DNA of 44,008 nt, taken from assembly GCA_903891365.1 (NCBI GenBank), contig CAITEG010000004.1:1-44008 (forward strand), written 5' to 3'. A program made the position numbers and the translations under genes. The DNA comes from an uncultured bacterium (lineage in GTDB: Bacteria > Patescibacteriota > Minisyncoccia > Phycocordibacterales > UBA9973). The notes beneath the pieces were generated by a model. It was not told the DNA's origin. It saw only the letters and a program-made list of their open reading frames with translations, and did no database searches. Below, piece after piece: positions 36,576 through 44,008 of this stretch (position 1 is the first letter of the stretch; each line of letters starts with the position of its first letter).

Positions 36576-36690
36576 GTGTTTGTGGGACAAAAAATCACAA
36601 ACATCCGGTTCCAGAATACTTCGTAAGAAGTTTGGGGTCGGAGCAGAGGATAGTGCCTCTATCTTCTGCTCCGACTCTACAGAGTTCCGG
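36576..36690 (+). other. Multi-hairpin RNA structure after capsid gene
   Basis: 19-bp stem 36635-36677, ACTTC-GTAA-GAAGT, gtgtttgtg/cacaaacat. Confidence 0.6.
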
Positions 36691-36737
36691 TCCGACAAAC
36701 CACGGGTCATTGGCTTATTAGTTAATCTTAAAAAATT

Positions 36738-37511
36738 ATGGCTTCATTAGAAGGAACATTCACCCGATACCTGCTTCGTCAGGGGGTGGTTGTACAAAAA
36801 ACGGGTACAGCTGGTAATCGACCAGTTGCTATTCGTATGCGATACAAAGGAACAGGTACAGTAACTTCCGTTACGACTGCAGCCGGTACTCTCGTTACAG
36901 TTTCAGTAGCAGGTACAGGACAGGCGACTGAAGGTACAAAGACTTATACCTTTGCATCTGACAGTCCTACCATTGCGTCTCTTGTTGGTAATATTAATGC
37001 AGACGGTATTTTCGAGGCGAAAGTCTTGGATGCTCTCAATGCTGATGTTACCCCGAGTTACTTCGTTACTGGTGCTATCACAGCAACCTACGATTCAAAC
37101 GGAGTTCGACAGTGGGACCTTACTGTAGATCCAAACGTTCAGCTTTCAGCTGGTGTTTATGGCATTACAGTTTGTCTTACAGGCAATCGTGAGTGGGACA
37201 ACAACTTCTTCACTCCAGAAAAGGTTGGTCAACATCGTGTTGTTCTTCAGGAAGTCGATTACTATGCAACGCTTGGTGGCGCAGCAGATAACCTAGTTCG
37301 TATATATGTACGACGTGGTCTTCCTGGTCACACTGAGACCCAAATCTTTGGTGCTCTCTCAGTAAGCGGTACTCTTACGGCAATTACATTTGCTTCTGGA
37401 CAGGGATTCATCTCTGGAAAGGATGGTGATGAAATTATCGTTCGCGTTCAGGATGGTACATCGATCTCTGATACAGCGCTCTTCCTACGTGCAACCGGTT
37501 ACCTCGAATAA
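36738..37511 (+). CDS. Virion structural protein (decoration-like)
   Basis: Beta-rich T/G/V composition directly after the capsid gene. Confidence 0.6.
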   Translation: MASLEGTFTRYLLRQGVVVQKTGTAGNRPVAIRMRYKGTGTVTSVTTAAGTLVTVSVAGTGQATEGTKTYTFASDSPTIASLVGNINADGIFEAKVLDALNADVTPSYFVTGAITATYDSNGVRQWDLTVDPNVQLSAGVYGITVCLTGNREWDNNFFTPEKVGQHRVVLQEVDYYATLGGAADNLVRIYVRRGLPGHTETQIFGALSVSGTLTAITFASGQGFISGKDGDEIIVRVQDGTSISDTALFLRATGYLE

Positions 37512-37617
37512 TATCGAGTAACTGTTGTATCTTAGTTAGTAAGGGGAAGTCTCTTTGGAGGTTTCCCTGAACTAGCCCGGATAAAAATTCGTGCTAATTA
37601 ATAAGTAATATAAAACT

Positions 37618-38109
37618 ATGAAGTTTATTTCAAGAAGTTCAAATTATATGGTTGTTTTAAAACCAGGGATACAAGGAAATCATTTGACAGGTCAGCCATC
37701 CGTTCCTGGACTTTATGTACGCTTCCGTGATGGTATTGCGGAAATCAAGGATGAGGAAATTATTAACCTCATGAAGAATAGTGAGGGTTTTAGAAATGGT
37801 GATTTTATAGCAGCCGATGAACAAGGTGCTGATCCATTTGCAGACACGAGGAGTCAACTTGAACCGACTCACGTTATTTCAGAAATAAAATATGGACACA
37901 TAGAAGGACGCAAAGCAAGTGAAACGCCAGTAAAGATTCCTGCCGCTGTCAAAAAATTGATTGAGGAAGAGGCTGTTAGAATGGCAAAAGCAATGCTTCC
38001 AGATCTACTAAAAGAGGCTATAAAAGAGATGACAAGTGCGGCCTCTATTGAACCAGAAAAGGTCTCAAAAGCAACTACCAAAAACGCTTCGGCTCCAACC
38101 GTTATCTAG
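37618..38109 (+). CDS. Hypothetical head-region protein
   Basis: 163 aa ORF, AT-rich leader. Confidence 0.7.
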   Translation: MKFISRSSNYMVVLKPGIQGNHLTGQPSVPGLYVRFRDGIAEIKDEEIINLMKNSEGFRNGDFIAADEQGADPFADTRSQLEPTHVISEIKYGHIEGRKASETPVKIPAAVKKLIEEEAVRMAKAMLPDLLKEAIKEMTSAASIEPEKVSKATTKNASAPTVI

Positions 38110-38189
38110 TAAGTAGACTTTGTACTAAAATGCACTCTCCATGGTGCAGACTTTAGTATTGTGTGTATATCAATTTAATTGTCTAAAAC

Positions 38190-39026
38190 ATGGACTGCAT
38201 CCCACAAAATTTCTACTATGACCCGATCCGACAAGGGACGGGTAAGGGTGTTTGGAACTGGTATTCTGGCGCTCCTTATCAGAATGGTGGATACCTAGTT
38301 CTCCTTAATGGGTCAGGTTATATGTTCTATGATTGCGGTAAAGGAAGCATCTCTTATGTTTTAAATATTCCTCACGATCCAACAGATTTTTCGGCTCGTC
38401 AATGGGGTCTTAGAAGTGGCGAAGATTATGTTCTATTTGATTTTAGTGGTGGAACATTCCAAGCAATTTCAGCTTCAACAAGAGGAACACGGACAGCTTC
38501 TTCAGTAATCGCATGGGATAGTACTTGGACTCAAACAGATACTACCTTTATGATTCGATGGGAAGCTGGAATGGCAACTTTCTATATCAACGGAATTGTT
38601 CGTGCAGTTCTTTCGGATGCTTCAATTCCTTATGGCCCAATGAGTCCATTTGTTCATAACAATGGAGCAGATTTGTTTATGATTGAAAGTGTTGTTGGGC
38701 AAGGTCTTCAGAGTTTGATTCTTGATCCTGTAGAAACTTCAAGTGATACTTCTAGTCCTTCTATTTCAACTCTACATGATAGTATGACTTCAAGTGAGGT
38801 TATTACTATCACAAACGCAACTCTTCCAGCAAATAGTGTTTCAGACACAATCTCAGCATCAAGTGATACTGTAACTGCAGCTGATTCACTTGATAAAGCA
38901 TCTTCAGTTTCTGAAACAACTTCAATGACTGAGAGTACTACAGCAGCAGTACAAATGACGTTCCTAAGATCTGTTGCTGACACAATTACAATAACTGACG
39001 TAATCTCTAATAGTCATACCGCCTAG
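38190..39026 (+). CDS. Structural protein, lectin/ConA-like domain plus S/T/D-rich repeats
   Basis: FMIRWEAGMATFYING; C-terminal SVSDTIS / SVSETTS / SVADTIT repeats. Confidence 0.6.
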   Translation: MDCIPQNFYYDPIRQGTGKGVWNWYSGAPYQNGGYLVLLNGSGYMFYDCGKGSISYVLNIPHDPTDFSARQWGLRSGEDYVLFDFSGGTFQAISASTRGTRTASSVIAWDSTWTQTDTTFMIRWEAGMATFYINGIVRAVLSDASIPYGPMSPFVHNNGADLFMIESVVGQGLQSLILDPVETSSDTSSPSISTLHDSMTSSEVITITNATLPANSVSDTISASSDTVTAADSLDKASSVSETTSMTESTTAAVQMTFLRSVADTITITDVISNSHTA

Positions 39027-39028
39027 TT

Positions 39029-39295
39029 ATGGATCCTGCAACTCAATGCGATCATGATGTACTGATAGAACTTCGCACTGAGATGCGGATGATCCGACAG
39101 GATATAAAAGAACTAAAGGATGGTCTCTCCACCCGCGTGAATGATCACGAGAGTCGTATTCGTTCTCTTGAAACTCACGTTGGGGATGCTATTGCAGAAA
39201 GAAAAGGTTCAGATCGGGCGACTCGTTTGTATGGTGCAATTTTAATATTCGTAGTGGGAGTAGTTGAGTTCTTTATTAGCCATTATTATAGATAG
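39029..39295 (+). CDS. Coiled-coil plus C-terminal TM protein (holin-associated)
   Basis: HESRIRSLE coiled coil; TM LYGAILIFVVGVVEFFI. Confidence 0.65.
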   Translation: MDPATQCDHDVLIELRTEMRMIRQDIKELKDGLSTRVNDHESRIRSLETHVGDAIAERKGSDRATRLYGAILIFVVGVVEFFISHYYR

Positions 39296-39299
39296 TTTT

Positions 39300-40376
39300 A
39301 TGGATAAACAAATTCCAGCGCTTGGAGCAGTTCCAAGCCCTCATGATTATAGGGATGATTATGCTAAGGTGGCGCTAGGAGCCCCTCAGACGGCTCCATT
39401 TGCCCTTCCAGCGAGTTTTGAGACCTCTATGCCTGGTCCAGTACTTATGCAGGCGCAAATCCCCGCCTGTGTGTCACACTCAGTAGCACAGGTACTCCAA
39501 CTCTACTGGTATAAAAAGACTGGTAAACTTATAGACTTTTCTCCTCGCTTCTTGGATGTACTGGCGAAGCGTTTTGACGGACAACCTTTAGATGGGGGGA
39601 CTATTCCACGCCTTGTTTTCAAACTTGCCGTAAAATACGGGTGTGCAACAACAGCAACTGTTCCAAATGATACAAGTTTATCTCTTGCACAATATCGAAA
39701 TGATTCTATTTTGACACCAGCAGCTTTTACAGAAGCGCTTCAACACAAAATTCCTGGATTCATCCGTGTTCCAGACAGCTTTGATGCAGTACGCCAAGCA
39801 GTGTATTTTCATGGTGCGGTATCAACTTTAATGGAAATTGGAAAAGAATGGTGGACAAACACTAGTGGAACAAGTTCATGGGTTGATTCAGAAATTGATC
39901 CATTAAGAATTCCTGTAGTTCAAGTTGGAGGTCATCAGATCGTAGTTAAAGGTTGGACTGATAATGATTTCAACACATTACGTAATTCATGGAGTGATAA
40001 GTGGGCAAATATTGGTGAGGCTAAATATGATTTCGCTAATTGGGCTCCGTATATTATAGAAGGTTGGACTGTAGCAGAAATTCCAGAAGATGTAAAAGAT
40101 TTTATGGCGACTCTTCCTGCTCCTACAGATTTCCATTACACCTGGAATACAAATATGAGTCTTGGGCAAACAAATGAGGACATTAAGTTCATGCAAATAG
40201 CCCTAATGATTCTTGGTTTCATTTCTCCGTTTGATCCTAGTCAACTTGGAATCTATGGACCTAAGACTGCGGTAGGTGTTTTGGCTTACCAGAAGTCAAA
40301 AAAGATAAATCCACCTTCAGCAAATAATGTTGGACCAATGACACGTGCTGCTTTGAACGCAGACTTCTCTATATAG
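39300..40376 (+). CDS. Papain-like C1 cysteine peptidase with C-terminal PG-binding domain (endolysin candidate)
   Basis: Q..IPACVSHS, FSPRFL, GGHQI, RNSWSDKW; PGBD MSLGQTNEDIKFMQIAL...GIYGPKT...YQ...VGPMTRAALN. Confidence 0.85.
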   Translation: MDKQIPALGAVPSPHDYRDDYAKVALGAPQTAPFALPASFETSMPGPVLMQAQIPACVSHSVAQVLQLYWYKKTGKLIDFSPRFLDVLAKRFDGQPLDGGTIPRLVFKLAVKYGCATTATVPNDTSLSLAQYRNDSILTPAAFTEALQHKIPGFIRVPDSFDAVRQAVYFHGAVSTLMEIGKEWWTNTSGTSSWVDSEIDPLRIPVVQVGGHQIVVKGWTDNDFNTLRNSWSDKWANIGEAKYDFANWAPYIIEGWTVAEIPEDVKDFMATLPAPTDFHYTWNTNMSLGQTNEDIKFMQIALMILGFISPFDPSQLGIYGPKTAVGVLAYQKSKKINPPSANNVGPMTRAALNADFSI

Positions 40377-40417
40377 ACTTACCTATACTTTAGGTATTAA
40401 TAACTAATATAAAAACA

Positions 40418-40630
40418 ATGGATTATTCAACTACACAGGCTGGAAATATTGCCGCTATTGCGGGTCTTCTGGTCATGATTGCTTCCCATTTTGGATATAC
40501 ATTTATCACTACAGCAGAAGTAGCGTCAATTATTGGTGCTCTCTTGACAGTTGGTGGTATTGTTGTCTCGTGGATTGATCAGGTGAAAAGTGGACATACG
40601 ACTGTTGCCGGCTTTAAAATCACTGGTTAA
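40418..40630 (+). CDS. Holin-like two-TM protein
   Basis: Two hydrophobic segments, follows the lysin candidate. Confidence 0.65.
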   Translation: MDYSTTQAGNIAAIAGLLVMIASHFGYTFITTAEVASIIGALLTVGGIVVSWIDQVKSGHTTVAGFKITG

Positions 40631-40727
40631 TAGACTCAGATAATATAAGTAATAGCCCATTGCACCGTCAAATAAGCAGGTCGTAGACACCGCAATGGGA
40701 TAGTGTTAACACTAATTTTAAAAAATT

Positions 40728-41237
40728 ATGGCAAAGAAAGGTACAGATTCTCTAGGACTCAGAGGTTTCTTCCGAGTTCAGATTCTTGACGGCAGCAAGG
40801 TTGCTGGCGATTCAGGATGGATCGAGAATACAGTAACAAACCAGGGTAAGAATGATTATCTTCTTACGTGGCTCGTTACCGGTTCTGGTGGTAAGTTCGT
40901 CTCGTCTATGGGTCTTGGCACCGGTGGTGCTCCTGCAGCGGGTGATACTACCCTCTCAGGCGAGATCTTCGACAAGTCAACAAACGGTACGACTAACTCT
41001 CGTGCAGCTGTTTCGACTTCGATCAACACCCTTACACAGGCTCAGTTTACTGCCGCTTTCAACAGCGCAAACTCGTTCGTTACTGCTTCTCACAACATCT
41101 CGAACGTTGGTTTGTTCAATACCTACCTCACCTCATTGGCGAACGCAGGTACGCTCTTCGCAGGTAATACATTTACCTCGAGTTCTGTAGCAACGAACCA
41201 GTCAGTGCAAGTCACATACCAGGTCAACCTATCATAA
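40728..41237 (+). CDS. Fibre-base/tail-associated structural protein
   Basis: ENTVTNQG, MGLGTG..PAAGDTTLSGE, NVGLFN, VQVTYQV pattern of tail-collar/fibre attachment proteins. Confidence 0.65.
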   Translation: MAKKGTDSLGLRGFFRVQILDGSKVAGDSGWIENTVTNQGKNDYLLTWLVTGSGGKFVSSMGLGTGGAPAAGDTTLSGEIFDKSTNGTTNSRAAVSTSINTLTQAQFTAAFNSANSFVTASHNISNVGLFNTYLTSLANAGTLFAGNTFTSSSVATNQSVQVTYQVNLS

Positions 41238-41256
41238 GGTTAATCAGGTTTGTAAG

Positions 41257-41298
41257 AAACAAACACCTCTTGACGAGGTGTTTGTTTTTGTATATGAT
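41257..41298 (+). terminator. Terminator hairpin overlapping next promoter
   Basis: AAACAAACACCTC-TTGAC-GAGGTGTTTGTTTTT; TTGACG(41270)-17-TATGAT. Confidence 0.75.
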
Positions 41299-41323
41299 AA
41301 AGAGATATTAATAACAATCGTCT

Positions 41324-42004
41324 ATGGCAAAAGCAAAGACAAAAATAGTAAAGGCAAAGACTAAAAAGAAATCTATAGATCAATTATTAAAAGAAAGTGC
41401 TATTGTCAAACTAGACCTCGCATGTGGCGCCAATAAACAGGGAAAAGACTTTATAGGGATGGATATGTTCCCTTATCCGGGAGTTGATATCGTTCATAAT
41501 GCACTAAACTTCCCATGGCCATTGCCAGACAAGAGTGTGAATATGATTGTGGCCTCTCACTTCTTGGAGCACGTATCTGCGAGTGGAATAGACCCGCACC
41601 TTTCTGACCTTATAGATCTCTTGATTAAAAATAAGATTCTTAAGGAAAAAGAAATAACAGATCTTATGGGTGAACACCGAATATTTAGTAACTTCATTCG
41701 TCTTCTTGACGAATGTTGGCGTGTTCTTAAGGTTGGTGGACAAATGGCCTTTGTAGGTCCTTATTACCAGTCCATAGGAGCAGCACAGGATCCTACACAT
41801 GTGAAACCCTTGTGCGAAGCTTCTATGTTGTATTTTGATCCTGAGGAGTGTGGTGGTTTGTTCTGGAATTTCTACAAACCAAAACCTTGGAAACTTGAAA
41901 TGCAGTCCTTTGAAGGAAGTGGAAATATTGAAGTCATTATAAGCAAACGTGATATAAAACCGTATGAAGAAAGAATCAAAAGTCATCTCGAAGTTGAAAA
42001 CTAA
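41324..42004 (+). CDS. SAM methyltransferase with Lys-rich N-terminus
   Basis: KLDLACG, GMD, ASHFLEH, ECWRVLKVGG, QDPTH. Confidence 0.85.
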   Translation: MAKAKTKIVKAKTKKKSIDQLLKESAIVKLDLACGANKQGKDFIGMDMFPYPGVDIVHNALNFPWPLPDKSVNMIVASHFLEHVSASGIDPHLSDLIDLLIKNKILKEKEITDLMGEHRIFSNFIRLLDECWRVLKVGGQMAFVGPYYQSIGAAQDPTHVKPLCEASMLYFDPEECGGLFWNFYKPKPWKLEMQSFEGSGNIEVIISKRDIKPYEERIKSHLEVEN

Positions 42005-42947
42005 AACTAAAAAGACCGTCAAGATTAAGACTAAAAAGTCAGTGACTAAGAAGGAACCCAAGAAACCATCAATTCCTTCAGCCATTCCTCTAGGACAGAT
42101 AATGCAAGGGAAATATAACTTTACTATTCCTGGCATCAAATTAGCAAAAGATTCAGCTCTTCTAGGGAAAAGAGTTCTTATCTTTACTCCTACAATAGGT
42201 CTAGTTAGAATGGAGTGGGTTTCGGCCCGCTATTCTCAGTTGGTTCCAACCAATTGGTCATTTGCAAATATGTTGCAATTTATCTCTGCGCAAATTCCAA
42301 TTGGATATCAAATTCCTGATGCTCAGAATCTAATGGTTAAAAAGGTTGTTGAAGAGGGTTATGAATGGGTTCTATTAATTGAAGATGACAATATTTTGCC
42401 ACCAGATGCATTTATTCGATTCAATGAGTATATAAATGAAGCAACTATTCCAATGGTTTCGGGGTTGTACTTCGTGAAATCTACTTTTGCAGAACCAATT
42501 CTCTATCGTGGTCGTGGTAACTCCCATTTCCGTGACTGGAAATTGGGGGATCGTGTATGGTGTGACGGTGTACCGACAGGCGCACTTCTCATCCACTCAT
42601 CACTTCTGAAAGCAGCATGGAAAGAGTCTGAAGAGTACATGATAATGGGTGAAAAAACTCGTCGTGTGTTTGAACAACCAAATAGGATCTGGTACGACGA
42701 GGTGTCAGGTGGTATAATTGGAAAAGGCGGTACAACCGATCTCAATTGGTGTAGTCGTCTTATGGAAGATGGATTGTTTGAAAAGGCCGGTTGGCCTAAG
42801 TTTCAAAAGATGCAGTATCCTTTCTTAGTGGATACAAGGATCTTCGTTAGACATATCGGAAAGGATGGTGTGCAGTGGCCAATAGCGGTCCCAGCTCGCT
42901 TTGTTCCTGACGATAAAAATTATAAAGGCATTGATATAATCGATTAA
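41964..42947 (+). CDS. GT-A (family 2-like) glycosyltransferase with Lys-rich N-terminus
   Basis: VLIFTPT, AQNLMV, WVLLIEDDNILPPD, VSGLYF, TGALLIH, TDLNWC, VRHIG. Confidence 0.8.
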   Translation: MKKESKVISKLKTKTKKTVKIKTKKSVTKKEPKKPSIPSAIPLGQIMQGKYNFTIPGIKLAKDSALLGKRVLIFTPTIGLVRMEWVSARYSQLVPTNWSFANMLQFISAQIPIGYQIPDAQNLMVKKVVEEGYEWVLLIEDDNILPPDAFIRFNEYINEATIPMVSGLYFVKSTFAEPILYRGRGNSHFRDWKLGDRVWCDGVPTGALLIHSSLLKAAWKESEEYMIMGEKTRRVFEQPNRIWYDEVSGGIIGKGGTTDLNWCSRLMEDGLFEKAGWPKFQKMQYPFLVDTRIFVRHIGKDGVQWPIAVPARFVPDDKNYKGIDIID

Positions 42948-42951
42948 AATT

Positions 42952-43068
42952 ATGGAAGAAAACGCAGGCGTAACCGACAGTGTTCAGGCAGAAGTTATCA
43001 CGGATGCTCCAGTAGAAACTACTGAGGAAACTGTTGTCGTACCGGAAGAGGTTGTAGAGGCTGAATAA
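42952..43068 (+). CDS. 38-aa acidic peptide
   Basis: MEENAGVTDSVQAEVITDAPVETTEETVVVPEEVVEAE. Confidence 0.55.
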   Translation: MEENAGVTDSVQAEVITDAPVETTEETVVVPEEVVEAE

Positions 43069-43087
43069 GCTTATCTTACAGATAGAG

Positions 43088-43113
43088 GAAACGCGTCTTT
43101 TGGCGCGTTTTTT
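43088..43113 (+). terminator. Intrinsic terminator
   Basis: AAACGCGTC-TTTT-GGCGCGTTT followed by TTT. Confidence 0.8.
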
Positions 43114-43209
43114 CTTAACCTATGGCCTACTAATTGAGATATTCTTAGGAATATGGCGAAATATCTACTAGCACTATTTGCCCAGAAAGTGCGGGGTCTT
43201 TTCTAATTT

Positions 43210-44008
43210 ATGGCAATAGCATACAACTCATCAGGAGAAGCTGACGGAACGACAGGGGCATCTCCTTCTACAGCATCAATTACTGTGCCGAGTAGTTTAT
43301 CTAACTCCGTACTTGTTGTGGCAGTTCAAGGACATAATTCAGGTAAAAATGATATGTCTTGTTCTGCTTGTACATACAATGGAGTTTCAATGATTCCATT
43401 ATCGGCAGCAGCTGGAGTAGGAAGTGGTACGGGATACTGTGTTAGAGGATTTTATCTTCTTAACCCAGCATCTGGAGCAAATACTATTTCTGCATCTTTC
43501 CCTAACACTTCTGATGCTGTGATATTTATTTATGGAATATATACAGGAGTGGGGGCTGTCACTAGTGGAAATAATGGAACAGACGCTGGTTCAAAAATTT
43601 CAACTTGTTCACTTAACGTAACAACATCACAAACTGGAGAATGGGGAGTTTCTACACAAGGGGGGAATGGGGCTTACACAACAGCTAGTACAAACATAAA
43701 CTCTATTCGTCTTAATAATTCAAGCGGGGCGTGGTTTTTGGGTGACTCAAATGGTTCTCTCGGAACAGCTGGGACTTATGCTCTCGTTTGGAACGAATCT
43801 CCTGCTGACTGGTGGTATGGCGGTGCATCATTTTCACTTCAGCCTGCTCAAGCAATATATAATATTTCAGTTTCCGATACAATTACTGTTTCTGAAGCAA
43901 AAACGATAACCAACAGTACCCTGGGTACTAAAACAGTAAGTGACACAATAACAGTTTCTGAAGCAAAAACGATAACCAACAGTACCCTGGGTACTAAAAC
44001 AGTAAGTG
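43210..44008 (+). CDS. Fibre-like virion protein (partial) with S/T-rich repeats
   Basis: Open from ATG 43210 to window end: MAIAYNSS...CTYNGVSM...FYLLNPASGANTI...VSDTITVSEAKTITNSTLGTKT repeats. Confidence 0.8.
   Translation, partial: MAIAYNSSGEADGTTGASPSTASITVPSSLSNSVLVVAVQGHNSGKNDMSCSACTYNGVSMIPLSAAAGVGSGTGYCVRGFYLLNPASGANTISASFPNTSDAVIFIYGIYTGVGAVTSGNNGTDAGSKISTCSLNVTTSQTGEWGVSTQGGNGAYTTASTNINSIRLNNSSGAWFLGDSNGSLGTAGTYALVWNESPADWWYGGASFSLQPAQAIYNISVSDTITVSEAKTITNSTLGTKTVSDTITVSEAKTITNSTLGTKTVS
43888..44008 (+). repeat. 66-bp (22-aa) coding tandem repeat
   Basis: 43888-43942 is identical to 43954-44008; the window ends inside the repeat. Confidence 0.92.

Noticed and set aside
39150..39158. 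Fifth AGAGTCGTA copy (and GAGTCGTA near 22518)
   Set aside because: Both are inside plus-strand coding sequence and lack the A/T run, so they are treated as chance.

Overview
A 44 kb piece of a tailed dsDNA phage genome (standard genetic code), cut at both ends inside genes. The host is probably a Patescibacteria/CPR (Parcubacteria-like) bacterium. This is inferred from a CPR-style surface protein, a DUF5659-like gene and the near absence of Shine-Dalgarno motifs. Left arm (minus strand): intein-containing SNF2 helicase, Cas4-like nuclease, stand-alone sigma70 region-4 protein, primase-polymerase/VapE helicase and a likely iteron origin. 7.0-15.8 kb (minus strand): an early-type block with two phiEco32-type COOH-NH2 ligases, a class II glutamine amidotransferase and an HExxH protein. 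This block shows no TTGACA promoter in its intergenic gaps. It carries four intergenic copies of TACGACTCT, resembling the T7 promoter core, and long G-U-rich RNA stems. 16-44 kb (plus strand): methyltransferases, AAA+ ATPase, a 1005-aa host-type surface/S-layer-like protein, 3'-phosphatase, HU-like protein, ejection-like protein, terminase, HNH, portal, small basic proteins, scaffold, SU10/DUF5309-like capsid, a lysis module with a papain-like enzyme, and a fibre cassette with methyl- and glycosyltransferase. Strongest leads: the private promoter motif, the phage-borne surface-layer gene, and a tRNA-like RNA with its own promoter. All family calls come from motif recognition by eye, not database searches.
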